64,000 nt of DNA from Rotaria socialis. Lineage: Eukaryota. Each line of letters begins with the position of its first letter. Within the stretch, counting starts at the first letter, position 1. The stretch spans positions 1-64,000 of the forward strand of contig CAJNYD010000224.1 of NCBI GenBank assembly GCA_905331295.1, in the 5' to 3' direction. Below the pieces are notes generated by a model. The model searched no databases. It saw only the letters and a program-made list of their open reading frames with translations, and was not told the origin of the DNA. Position numbers and translations under genes: made by a program. Positions 1 to 13,908 of the stretch are shown here, in pieces.

Positions 1-1367
1 CCCCCTTGAAGCAGTATAATCTAATATTGACAGTAATCTCAAGTTATTGATAAAATAGTTTAGGGATATGAACAAAACATTGTATAATATGTGAGTTTTA
101 TCTGAATTAAGTTGAAATTATTTTTGACACAATTTGATGTTAAAAATTAGTCTTGAACACTTTTTATAGGTGCTTCAGAGCTATTGGATGAATTTCTAAA
201 ATGAGTACAATATTGACAATTGATGCTCACTGCTAAAATTCATTTCTCTGTTGATTAAACTCATTGTATTCATATAGAATAACATGAGTAGATGGATATC
301 CTATTAATTTAGTCCGTAACCTATAGAGATTTACCGTTCTATGCTTGGCTTACTCCATGTTTCGCAAATATTCAAGTATGTTGAATAGTTTTAAAAGCTA
401 GAATTTATTATTCCTAGATTTACTGAAGTCTGTTTTGATGGTATTTCAGTGTTATGGTGATATCGAGCACACTGTATAAAATTGAGCTACATTGCAGTAG
501 TCGAACTTGAGAGAATCTCAGTATTATTAAAAGGGATTTGTGAGTAAAACTGTTAATTCATGATTAAACGTTAGATTATATCGGATTGTAGGCTAAATGC
601 AAAGGAAAAATAGAGATGCATTTTTTTGAATTTCCTAAAAATAAATATTTTCATCGTTTTTTAAGAGTAAGAACTTCAACGTTGTTAATCTGGGCATGTA
701 TTTACGTGATAGACGACTAATATTTTTTCTTGTATTCCATTTAAAAAAACTATCAGTTACTTGTTTTTTTTAAATGTGTGACTTTCTTTTAGTGACTAGA
801 TAATTTGATTTTTTCTATTATAGTGTAAGAACCATGTATTTACCGGAGAAAACTAATGATAACTATCTCATTAGAAAAACAAATGAAAATCTAATTGATA
901 TACACACATAGAAGTACCAGGAATCTAAATGAATAATAAATTGTATACTTCTTTTCAATCACATTCATAGTTAATAGTTCATATACTCGCTATTAATAAT
1001 GAAACAGTTCATTCGATCGCTTTCAATCATAAAAAGTAATCACACCAATGACGATCAAATAGAGGATTATTGATAGTAACCATTCAAGTTTTAAAATAAA
1101 TTATGTCTATTAAATTAGAGAAAATAATTCCAAAATGAGAATGATAGCTATTTTATTTATCATATTTTATATTAAAACACGCGCACACACATGTGAATTT
1201 GCTGAGATTACTTATTAAATATAAAACAAGCCTAAAGAAAAAATGGTTCACCAGAAAGAAAAACAAAGACAATAAACTAAAAAATAAGAAAAAGAAAGCA
1301 TCAATAGTGGAATTATAAAAAAAGACAAATATTAATCTGCCTGTGTTGCATAAGATAAAATAAGAAT

Positions 1368-4300
1368 TTATATATTTCGCATTGTTGCTAAATCTCGATC
1401 TGCTGCTTGTATTTCATCTAATTTTTTACTAAATATTTTCAAAAGCTTGCCAGAAAACTCTTCTTGTGAAGCAAGTAGTTTCGATACTTTTTGTCGTATT
1501 TTTTCATTTTTATCCATGTTATCATTCTTTGAATGTGCCTAAGATAAAAAATAAATAATTGAAAAATATTAAGAAAAACAGAAACAATTTAAATCGAAGA
1601 CAATATATACTTGAAAACTTTCGTCAGTTGTAGACATAATATCATCTAAATCATCTTGTGTTAAATTTAATATTTTGCTGGCGGTACTCATCGCTGTATC
1701 ATAGCCTGGTAATGTCATTGAAAATGATTCACGTTGTCTTTGATGTTCATGCGCTCGTTTCAGAGTATCATGGATTTGTATACTTCGTCGAACCATTTCA
1801 TGAAGAAGACCCTACATTTTAAAAGCAAGCATAGTATCAAAACAAATAAAACAACTATATTCAATTACATTAGTAAATCTTTCATATTCGTTTAGACGTC
1901 GTTGTGTACGATTTAATTCGAATGTAATTTTGCTTAACGAGTCTTGATTTTTCGTATTTAATGATAATAATTGTTGTTCAGATAAACGATGAGATGCTAA
2001 CAATTCTTGATTTAATTGTTCCTGATTAAGACGACATTGTCGAAGTTGTTGTTCAGTTGAACGATGCTTAGTTTGAATATCTTCAAGACGTATTTTCTGT
2101 TCAGATGAAATTTAGATTTGTTTCGAAATTCAACGGAATAATAAAAACAAAAAAATTCTCTTACTAATTTCTCATGTTCTTCAACCAATTGACCATAACG
2201 TGTTTCAAGAGTTTGTTTTTCTCGTGTTACAACTTGTAAACGATTTTTATATGAATCGAGCTAGAAAAGATTAAACAAAGAATAATTGCTTCTAATCTTA
2301 GAATCATCCTTAAATAGGCTGGAAGGATCTACGATGAATAGATCTGAATGATATTTGTCACTGTAAATTTTTTTTTTTATAAATAAAATATTCTATTTGG
2401 ATTAAGAAAATAAACTTCTTTTGCTCGTTAAATCTCACAAAACTATGTAAAAAACCGCGATGTGTACAGAACAAAAAGCAAAATTCTACTCTACAGAGTT
2501 ATACGCGAATCAAGAGTTTGCGAATATTGATTTAGAAATAGCTCAAAATCATTATGATATCAATGAATATAAGCATGTTCATTCTAATGTTTTCTGTATT
2601 TTAAATGATTTTAGACAAATCTTAAATCAGAAATGTTGTAAAACCGTGTAAGTCATTATTGAAAAAGGTGTTATTCCCAAGTGATTTTATGATATTATGT
2701 GATATCTGCAATATGAATTCAATGATAAATTTATCAAGAAAAAATAAACATTTTTTGTTTTTGCATTTCTTCGTCGCACCTTTTTCATCATCAACAAGTA
2801 CTTTTCATATGATAACTCATTCGTTTTTGAATATTTGCGATGTTCAATAGAAAATTTATTCAAATTCATGCAGTCATCATCCTAATTTTATTTCCGAGTA
2901 GTACACCTTATAAACCTTCGACAATGTTCAACATCTTGTATCAATCAAATTTCTCTAAGAGAAAACACTCTTTTAAACGATTTAGTGCGCTTTTTTATTC
3001 ATATACTTACTGAAACTCGTAATTTTTCCATCGTGTCTGTTAATGATTTGAGTCTTTCTTCGTCATTCTATTCGAATTAGAAGAAGAAGAAGAGAAAAAA
3101 ATATATATACAATAAATAGTCATGTATGAATATGTTATTTACGTCGGTTGTAAGTTTGTCATTTGAACGATTAAGACTTGTTTCCAATTCACTCAGTCGA
3201 GATTTGTAATTTTCAATTAAAACTCTTTTGCTTGCTACGTCGCGTTCTGTATGTGTTAATCTATAGAAATAAAAAACAAAGTAAAGAAAATAATTTTCAT
3301 GTTCGAGCTAGTTGATTATACTTTTCAGTTAGAGATTGAAGATTTTTCGTTAAATTTTCATTATCTGTTTGTAAAGTTTTATTTAATTTTCGTTGTCGAG
3401 AAGCATCGAATGAAGTATTTTTAAGACGTGAATATAAATTATCTACATTTTCACCACCGTCAGAAATTAGAGAATCATTACGTCGGATTTCTGGTTCGGG
3501 TAAAGTAGATTGAATGGGACGGTTATTTTTAAATTTATCGCATTCATCCATTAGTCTCTAAGAAATCATTAAAACAATATTTTAAAATAACGAGCATTAC
3601 TTCAAAAAATATAATTCAAACTTGATTAGTTGTTTTAAGAATATTAATTCGACTAAGTGTAGTTGATAAGCGTTGATGAAGTTGTCGATTGTCTTCTTTC
3701 GAATCAGCAAGCATCATTTCTAATTGTTCAATACGTCTACGCATTGTGCCAATCTAATCAGAAAAGAAGATCGATTGATTATTACTTAAGTAAATAATAA
3801 TTTACTCTAGTTGGATTTTTATATGCTGTTGAAGGTATTGAAGGTTTTTTAACACGATGTGAATAAGAATCATTATGAAAAGAAGTTACTAAACGACTTT
3901 TATTAGTATGATTTTTCTTTGATGGGATATCTAAAATGAAACAATCGAAGGATTTCTATTAGAAGAATTTTCATTTAGTGACAAACTTTTTCTTTTTGAT
4001 ATTGTTGATGTCATTGATGGTCGTCTTTTACGTTTCATTAATGAAGATTGAGTATGATAATCACATAGACTACATGTTCGCTGACGTTGTCGTTGCCATC
4101 GGTTTCTATCATATAAATCTGATTTTAATGGTGACATTCGATAAAGTATTGATGATTCATTATGAAGATCATCAATAAATGTTGAACTTTGATTTTGATC
4201 CAGTAACACTTCTAAACAAGACGCTTTTGGTTTCTTTTTAACTAGTCGTCTTTTTAGAGTAGACGATGAAGTAATAACATTTTTTTTATTGGCTGGTTGA

Positions 4301-7300
4301 TTATTTCGTTTTAATTTATGTACTTGATCTTGTAACGAAAGTATACGAAGTTTTAATCTTTTTATCTCATTTGCAGCTTGTGTTCGTTGTTGCATTAGAT
4401 GTTGTTTTTCGTCAACACATAAATCAAGATTAGTTTTTAAACGTTCATGTTCAAACACTAAACATGTTCGTTCATTTTCAAGTTCGTATAATTTTTTATT
4501 ATATCCTTCAACTACACGTTGTTCATTATCGTTGGATCTATTTGGTAATGGTAATGGAATTTTCAATGGAGATCGCTCATCTTTATCATTTAATAATTGA
4601 ATTTCATTACGAAGTTCATTAATAACAATTGTTTGTTCATTAATTTCGACTTCTTGTAAATCAAGTTTTTCATTTAAACTTAAACTAATAGACGAAAAGA
4701 ATTTCTTCAAATGAATGCAAAACAAAACAGAAAAAAAAAAGTTTTATTTACTTCTCGTTAATTAATCTGGCATTGTCACGTCGCAATTTTGTTACTTCAT
4801 TCCACACACCATCATCATCTTCATTTTTAAATATTCTTTTACTTGTTCCTATTTGTCTTCTTCGTCGTTCATTATCACATACAGTACAACCGATTTTATT
4901 CTTTCGTATAACTTTACCATAAAAATAATCATTATTGTTTTTCTTTTGACATGATTCGTCATCGATATAAGATTGTAATTCATCTTTGAGTGAACGATAT
5001 TGTTTTTGTAAATGTTTTAAACGTAGCCAACGTTTATCATGGACTTTTTTCAATGTAGTTATCTGTTCGTCACGTTGAACAAGTAATTGCTGAACATTAG
5101 CTAAACGATCTGTTAATGTACGAATTTTAGTTTTCAAATATTCAGTATCTAATGCAGACGATGAAGAATAATCACGAACTGGAGGAGATGTACAACGCGT
5201 TTTTGATGGTGACGATCTACGTGTTCCGAAAGCAAAGTTGACTTTATAGTAAATATTCTTTTATCAATTAATTACTTTCCGATCGGTGAACTTCGTCCAA
5301 TATCTTCACTACTTCGCCAACGATTATCATTAGATAAACCGGTTGCCTATAGAAAGCGAGAGAAAGAAAGAAAAGAAAGACAAAAAGTTTCAATATTCAC
5401 TGATCAAGAACAAATATTTACTGTTGCTAATTTATCTCGTACGTGTAGGAGAGTTACTTTTAAATGTTCGATTTCATTATCACGATCACCTAAAGCCTAA
5501 AATTTTAAATAATTCATATAGAAAAAAAGATGTATAAATATCAAGATGGATATTCTTAAATATATTTTCCCCTTAATTAATCATTTACCGAGTTCTCTCA
5601 TTAATGATTTCAAGACTCCATATATATATATATATATATATTCTTTAGATGAGCCAAGAAACAATTCTCCAACAAACGATAGTTCATTAAAATTTCAGTC
5701 TCAAGTGTGTCGTTTGTACAGTCATTCTTATATAACACGATGCATGGCAATATTTATGACACTTCTATTAACATTTCGTATATCGAAACTTGAATGAAAT
5801 ATATCATTAAGTATCTCACACAATTCTTTCATATTTAATATTATAACTCTCGAGTGTATTGCATTGAAGCTCCTTGATGGAAGTCATAGGATGTCTTTTT
5901 GAAGAAAAGAAAATTAGTAGCTGTATAGTATATGTCGCAGTCTTGCGATTTCCTTCTCATTGTGACAAGAGTCAAGCGTCAGAGGTCAATTGGGCATATT
6001 TTCCGTAGCAACGAAGTGGATTAGAACAGAGGCATGATTGAAGTCATTGTATGATTCTCATAGCGGCCGAAGACAAAAGGCATGTAAGATTATTCTCTAA
6101 GTTCATCAGTAAAGTAAAACAGGTATTGGATAAATTAACAACAACGCAAAAAGAAGTGCTCTAGAAAGAATGGAATAATAAGATTTCTAAATTGTGTAGG
6201 ATCGGAATTTTGTGCAAACAAAAATTCATGCTGAAGATGTCAATGTTAATAGTTAGGATGTCTTACTCTTTTAAAACAATTATCATATAATCAACAAGGG
6301 AAATATCAACGAATTGAATTATTGCTTCTAGCTATAATCGATATCAGTGTTTTTGTGTCTATCGAGATATAAACAATAGTGTACTGAAATCAGCTACAGG
6401 CATAATGAATATGTATAACTGTTTTACTTGATATTTCAGTCAATGGTTAGAATAATAATAATAATGATGGTAATGATGTTAAATAAAGAAAACACGAAAG
6501 AAGAAAATGATAAAAGAAAGAATAACAACAACAGAACTAAAAAGTCTCTCTATTCAAAATGCGACAACTCGTTTTCCTAACAATCAATAATCCTTGAACA
6601 ACAAATAAAGTCTACTAGAGATTGTTTACTTTATATATTTTGCATTAATATAATGAGTATGAAGAACGCATGCACATTCAATATGTTAACCCCTTAAGGG
6701 ATGCATTGGCAAACTTCTCTTGTTCTTTTCAATGACAAGAAATCCTTTGATGAATAATAAATCTGTTTGTTTACTTCGTTCAATTACTGTTATTATAACT
6801 AGTGTATATATTGCGTGCTCTACTGTTTCTTACATGATTAAAATATGAAATTCAAATCGTTGTCCGTATAATTTCAAGAGAATTCTCGTTTACATTTAAT
6901 AAGACAGTGAAGGATGCAAATTTTGTGGATTTACTTACTGTTTGAAGCGTAGCTATTTGTAATCGCTGTGAATTATCTTCGAACTCTGTATCTATGTTGA
7001 GAAAAGCAACATAGAAAAAAGTTGTTGTTTAATTTATTTGTCTACGAATTTACTAGTTTGTTTTTGCTTATGTACACCGTTGATTTCTTTCCTACAAAAA
7101 TAAACAAATAGAGAAAAATATTATGATGCTTGACATATTTTTCCATTAATTTTATACTTGAGATTAGCAATAGTTTCATCTCGCTCTTCAATAGTTGCTT
7201 TATAGGAATCAAGTTTTTGTCGCCAAAGTTGAGTATCAGCAGCAATACGATCGAATGTCTAATATAGAAACAAGAAAAATTTAATTTCAATAACATATTT

Positions 7301-8005
7301 TTCGAGACAAAACAAAAATAGAATATACCAGAATTTTTTCTTTATTAATGACTTCATAATTTGACTGTTCTCGTAATTGTTTTGTTAGATCATTTACATG
7401 TTCACACAAACCTAGTATTCGAATGATCTCACTATTAGTAAAATAGAGTAAACCATCCGATATGCCTACGTTCATTTTCGATTTGACAATCGCGTATTGT
7501 TTTTTCAAAAGTATGTACTTGTAACTGATGTAATTGTTCAAAGGTTCGTGTCTAAAATTGTTTTCTTTTGTATTAAAATTCAGAGAAAGCACTGTTGATT
7601 AACCTTCTCTTCGAATTGTCGCAATTGTTCTTCGAGTGCACGAAATTCTATATTTCTTTTCTTAAGTGTATCCTCTAAGCATAGTTCACTAGATAAATAT
7701 AAGGAAATCGAATCGAATATATAATAAATCGGTTAATATTTTGCTGATTCATTTTTTTACCGTTCTTCAAGTTTGGTAATGGACGCATTTTTTTCTTGAA
7801 TGACTCGTTCAAGTTTTTCAATTAATTGCTCACGATTTTTTGTTCGAAGTTCTTCACTATTCAATAGCATGAGCTGATGTTCATTTGTAAACCTTGAAGT
7901 AGAACATTACAAAAAAAAGCTGTTACGAAAAGTTCTTATTCCACGCTCGTACTGTGGTCCAATAAAGGCGTCCGATGACGGTTGAATACCATTCATTCCT
8001 GCCAT
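1368..8005 (-). CDS. CNTLN: Centlein-like centrosomal coiled-coil protein (multi-exon)
   Basis: ATG at 8005 (MAGMNGIQPSSDAFIGPQ), many short GT-AG introns, TAA at 1368-1370. Coiled-coil exons contain LKKVHDKRWLRLKHLQKQYRSLKDEL, EDDDGVWNEVTKLRRDN and C-terminal ASKILNLTQDDLDDIM, which resemble conserved centlein blocks as I recall them. Not every internal junction was checked. Confidence 0.75.
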
Positions 8006-8078
8006 ATATAATTATGAGATATCTTTGTACGAAAAATTCATTTTTGATTATCGATCATTGCGGTTGAATTCTATTATT

Positions 8079-8092
8079 GTAACCTAGGCAAC
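8079..8092 (-). promoter_or_regulatory. Candidate RFX X-box in the bidirectional promoter
   Basis: GTAACCTAGGCAAC (minus strand GTTGCCTAGGTTAC) fits the imperfect-palindrome X-box consensus and lies ~75 bp upstream of the centlein ATG. Confidence 0.6.
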
Positions 8093-8464
8093 TCTCTCTT
8101 CGTTGATTTATCGATAGTATAGAAAGTGCACAACTGTGTTGCATATGAAGAACGAAGAAAAAACGACTGTTGAAAAAAATCGCGGCTTTTTTAATTTTCA
8201 TTATAAGAAAATAAATTCAAATAAATTTAATCAATTTTTATATTTCAAAATGTTCGTTTAGGAAATTTTGTTGTTCGGAGGAAATCTATTTTAAATAATC
8301 GTTCATTGTTTCTGAACAAGGGTCGTCCGACAATAATAAAACTATTTCTAGTCTATGTTTCTTCTTTTTTTGTATCTATACATTCTCGATAAATCGTCGG
8401 TTATTTTCATTCTTTTTCCTTCAAAATTTAAACGGTCGGTCGATTAACAACTAATCTAATAATA

Positions 8465-9941
8465 ATGCCACCAAAAAAAGCCGCTGCCGCCAAAGCAACA
8501 ACTGAAACTGATGCTGATCCAAAATCAGCACAAGCAAGTGTTTAACAATGAAGTTCACATGATAGAAATTTGTTTATTTAGAAGAAACAGGATGAAGAAA
8601 ATCAACAACCGACAGAAATCGAGCAGTCAAGTCCAAAGAAAGCTACAAGTGAATCAAAAAAGGCTGCTGTAGTAAGTTATACTGATTATGAATTTCCCAA
8701 AGAATTATAATTCTTATCAATTAGACTAGTAAAGCTGGTCAATCAAGAAAGAAAGCTGCGGCTGAGAAACTTCAAGAGGAAGCATCTGGTGTAAATATAT
8801 CTTTGTTTTCATCCTAGCTTTTATAGATATTTTTTGAAATTTTCAGTTTATTGAACGTACTAATAAAAAATCAGAAGCAGCTGATGATACAAACGAAGAA
8901 GATAATGATGATGAGCAATCATCAAAGAAAAACAGTAGTGCATCAGCAGCACAAAAGAATGGGATCGCCGCTGAAACAAAACCAGCGGCAAAAGCTACTA
9001 CAGGTCGAGGTGCTAAACGGCAACCGGCTAAAAACATGGCTAAAAACGATGAAAAAGACGAAGAAGAACAAGAAATTGAGAAAACAACAGTTCCAGCTAA
9101 AGCTCCGGCTAAAGGCAAGATCGCAACTGCTGCGCAAAAAAATAAAAAAGTCGAAGAAGATGAACAAAAAGATGCTGGTAATTCATAAAAGATCGTTGCA
9201 AATATTTGAAAGCACACTTTGTCTTCGTTCAGGTACAGGTGAAGATGATGAAGCTGAAAACGAAAATGGTTCACCGAATAAAAAATCAAAAGGTAAAACT
9301 GCTCGTAAACCAGCTCAAAAAACAAAAACAGCTACACCAGAACCTGAAATGGATCATGGTAATAAGAAAAGCAGGATGACATTTTTGCAACAAAAAAAAG
9401 AAGATTATCTTTTAATTTTTAGAACAAAGCGATGAAAATGAGACAAAAAAGAAACCAGCAACTACAAAAAAAGGAAAAGCTGCAAGCTCATCAAAAAAGC
9501 AAACCGCAGCTGTTGAAAAATCTGAAAATGAAGAACCTGTAAATGATGATCTTAATTTGTCTGAAGACGAAGAACCTACGGATGATAATTCAAAAGCTAC
9601 AACAACAAAGAAAGGTCCAACAAAACGATCGGCACCAACATCAGGCAAAAAAGCCGGTGCAGCTCCAGCTAAAAAGAAATTACAAAGCGATGAGCCATTC
9701 GAAGATCATACGAATGAGGAAAAAAATGAAGAAGCTGAAAATAATACCGAAGATGGTTAGTTGAATATTTGATTCATTTTTTTCTTGTCTTGTTTGTTGC
9801 ATGCAGTTTTCCTTTCTTTTTTTTTTCTTTATAGAAGCTTCAACAGCTAAACAAGCAAAAAAAGGGCGTCCAGCTACTAAAGCTCCAGCATCGACATCCA
9901 AAACAAATAATCGTTCTGCGAAGAAAACTAAAGCTACATAA
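8465..9941 (+). CDS. Lys/Glu/Ala-rich intrinsically disordered protein, ~373 aa, 7 exons
   Basis: Phase-consistent exons 8465-8533, 8582-8671, 8725-8790, 8847-9177, 9233-9358, 9423-9755, 9835-9941. Starts MPPKKAAAAKATTETD and ends KKGRPATKAPASTSKTNNRSAKKTKAT*. Basic and acidic blocks alternate and no globular domain is recognisable. Confidence 0.85.
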
Positions 9942-11328
9942 AAATGAACAAACTTCAAGAGTAAAAAACTAGTCAGGCTTTATTTTCATATTATCGTATT
10001 GCTTCTAGCTCTTATTCTATGCTGATTGTACAGATATAATACTCTTTGATTGTTCTCTATTCTTTCTTACAATCAAATTCTTATGTGTTCTTTCTTCTAT
10101 TTCAACTTCAACTTAATTGTGAAAATTTAATTGATCGATTAAAACACGAAAAAAATTCAATAATAAAACTTAGATAAAATGATATTCATAATATCAATAA
10201 AAGATGATCAATGTATCTCTCTTATATTTATAAGAAATCAAGAAATAGAATAGTTAAATTCATATGAACTTCTTGTTCAACCTTTTCTTAATAAAGTATT
10301 TCTCTGATACAGAATATATATTGTACACATTGTATATCACTAACGATGCAGTTATTCAACTGATATAACAATGCATATTCGAGATGATCACCTGCAGGTA
10401 TATTATACAAAATATTATTGATTGACCAAAAATTAAGATATATATGTATATTGTTGAAAAATGACATCATTTACTCAATAGTTATATAATACCGCCCATT
10501 ATATATCCTTACTACTACCATATAAGAGTGCTTAGTATGAGATAGAGTAAAATATTTGAATTAAAAATAGTTGTATACTTCAGCATTCGTTTTAGATTAT
10601 GCTTTCCAAACGCACTCATTCAATTGCTCCGAGGTACTATTTTCAATTGGTGCATAACAGTTTCTATCATACTGATGTTCAAGCGAATGTATTTATTGTT
10701 GTTGCTAATGTAGATGTGACTTTTGCATTTGGTAATACAAAAGTTTGGTATACTAGAACGTTACTTTCTAGGATATACTCAGTAATATGATAAGATGCTT
10801 GTTTCTGATTTGTATTATCTTGAAGAAAAACATCGAGGTCATTCACAGATTGTAAATATATCTAACAAAACATTCTCTACAATTTGATGATTGAGTGATG
10901 ATGATTTTTTATAACGTTTATGTCTTCATTCTTTAAAACGTTTTTGTTATCCGTGAAATTCGATTCTACAGTTCAGTAAGTCATAATAGGCACATTCAAG
11001 ACACTTTTCAACAACTACATCAAACACTTAAAAGTTATGCATGATTGTAAAATGCCAAACCGAACACAACAATACTTTTTCAGTCTATCAAACTTTCATA
11101 CATACTGTTGCCGATAATATTCAAAAGCTTTATTATACTATATTCATTTAGGATAGCTAAACATAATTACAAGCATAAATATCTATTCATCTTTCTATTT
11201 TACTAATACCATTTCTAAAGTTATTGCTATTGTTTGCTCAGAGGAATAATCAATTAAAATATTTTTATTTTATTGAATTAATTATTCGAATTACACGAAA
11301 AGAATGAGTATTTTTTCGGTTTGCGTCT

Positions 11329-12390
11329 TTACCATTCAATATCGAATTTAACTGGCATATGATCACTAACACGTAAAGCTTCTTCCAAGTTCATACCCAT
11401 TTGTTTTTGATAGTTAACAGTTGTATTACTCTTTGGTACGATAGCGTTAACAAATTTATCACCATTGATAAAAATACGATCATATGTGCATGTTTGTCGT
11501 GTGTTTGTTTTAACTTCATTGTTAATTATCCATGTGAAGTCAGTATAGTCGATGGATCTAAAAAAAAGAAAAACCTCTTCAAATAAAATTGCTTTCAAAT
11601 ATGATTGAAAACAAACCGAAGGGATTGTTGACGTTTAAGTGAAATGTATGAACAATCAGCATTGAAGTCACCAACAATCAAAATAGGGTGATTCGTTTTC
11701 AAACTTGGTTTATTAGTAACTGTTGCATTAATAACATTCTGTTCCAACGCACTGGCAAGTGATGTTGGTGTTTCATCGAAATATTTTGGATTTCCCGCAA
11801 TAAAATCTTCGATAACATAACGCATATTAAGTAATTCTACGTACGCATCATCAGGACGTAAATGAACATCCATAACAGTAAAGAATTCAACACCCGATTT
11901 CACTGGATTTTTAACTTTGAAGGTACCAATAAAACTAATTAGTAAATAATGAAATTTATAGCAAGAAAAAAATCAAATTTCAATTGAGCTCTTACGGTGG
12001 TCGTTCAAAACGATCTTCAACATCATCATAAAGATAAGCCTGAACTACTTCAACACCTGATGTAGCCTCACGATTGAAGAAAATGAATTGTTCTTTTGTT
12101 GCTGAACGTCCAACACGACCACTTAATGTCATAGTGTATGAATTTGACGTCGAAATTTGATTGAGTGCTTCATGTAAAACGTAAGGAGCTTTTAATGAAA
12201 CATCACTAATTTCTTGAATAATTGCCAAATCGAAGTCACTAATAATTTGAGCAACAGTATGGGTCAATGTTGCATTAGCTGCTTTTTTACTTCCGTATTG
12301 ATGTAAATTAAATGAACCAATACGAACAGCTGAAACATACGTACCAAGTAGAATGGTTACTAGCAAGATATTGGAAATGAGTTTTATCAT
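11329..12390 (-). CDS. Secreted deoxyribonuclease I-family (EEP) nuclease, 3 exons
   Basis: Exons 12390-11996, 11934-11617, 11557-11329. Signal peptide, RIGSFNL, IIQEI, GRSATKEQF, FERPPF, VHLRP, GDFNADCSYI, CTYDRI and SDHMPV match DNase I motifs. Confidence 0.93.
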
Positions 12391-13908
12391 TCTAATAATG
12401 TCAACCGTTATTTTTCAAGGGAAAATTGTTGGTTCTGATTGCATTGGAATAATATTTTACTTCGATATTTATTTCAAATGAGCTTCATTGATAATTTCGT
12501 GGCTTTAGCTTTGAATTACAATTCACAGGTGGGAAAGAAAAATAAAGCTTGTTTTTGTTGCAGACTTAATGCATTTATTGATCATTTTATTTTTATTTAA
12601 AATAATGTTATTATCAAGATCATGTTTCAATAGTAATTTTCTTTTTTCTTTTGTCTATTATAATTCTATTTGAAATCATCGAATAATAAAACAAAAACGT
12701 GAAGCACCACAAATCTCATCAACGCATCCTATAGATGTAATTGCAATCAAAATCTTTTATTATCCTACATATGAAGATTTTTCTATAATTAATAAATATG
12801 TTTTTCATCGATATTTCAACTTCAATACAGTATCGAACGTTTTCATTTAAGACTTTTTCTTTTCGTTTTAATATAAATTAGAAAAGAAAACAATATAATC
12901 ATAAATAGATCAATGGTCGATGAAGAATACTTTGAATGAAATGAAAAATTTCTGATATGAATCAGTTTGGATGTATATCAAAGTTTAGTGTAAAACTGTA
13001 TATCTATCGTTTAGGACATGTTGTCTAAATCAAGAAAAATCCTCTTATTAACTGAAGCATGTGACAAAACATTTTATGCGTCGATAGAAAATTACAGTAG
13101 CAGTATGATTCTAGGGAACGTGAAAGAAGAAGGATTTGATAATGGCATTAGACTAAATAGTTGAATCATTAAAAGAATTGAAACTCAATCGCTTGGCTTC
13201 TGGTTACTTTTTAACTCCATACTAAATAGAACGATTGATTGGATCATTTTCGATGCGATTCTCAGAGATAGATATGTCCTCTATACTCTGGGTGCAATGA
13301 TATATCAGTTTACGTTATAATCGCCGAAATAAATATGAAATATTGAAATGTTGCTATCAATTATGGTTGCATGGCTATTGCTAAGTTGTCATATCACCTG
13401 AATAGGCTTCTGATCTTTTCAATTATTATCAAATTATTTCAAATAAACTTTTTTTGTTCATCATATTTTCAATATTGCAAGTTGTGTGTATTTGTTCGAC
13501 CCATCCACATTTAATGAAATCAATTACATGAAAATAATCGTTTGCCGATCGTTTCTTTTTATTATCTCTTCTTACTTTTCACATACGTCAAAATAGAAAG
13601 AAAAGTTGAACTCTTATTATTTGCGATAAAGATCATATTCATGCATCGTGAAAAAATAGATGTAAAACAAAACATAAACGAGGTGGGGAAATATGTGTAA
13701 GATATTTAACAATCGATTCAAGAAAAAAAGAAAACAAACGTTATATATTTATATAACAAAACAATACACGCGTGTCGTTCATGAGTAGACAAGAAATAAA
13801 ACTAGATTAGTTTTGTACTTCTTCGTTATTGTCTCTAATGATAAGGTCGAAGAAGAGAATCAGTGAAATTTTAATGATTATGGCACATTATGTAAGATTA
13901 AAAATGAG

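Noticed and set aside
8843..9958. Antisense hydrophobic/Ser-rich ORFs overlapping the disordered-protein gene
   Set aside because: They are shadow frames of low-complexity K/E/A codons and have no independent splice structure.
10500..11110. Possible decayed Cys-containing gene fragment
   Set aside because: Stops in the frames examined and no family signature.
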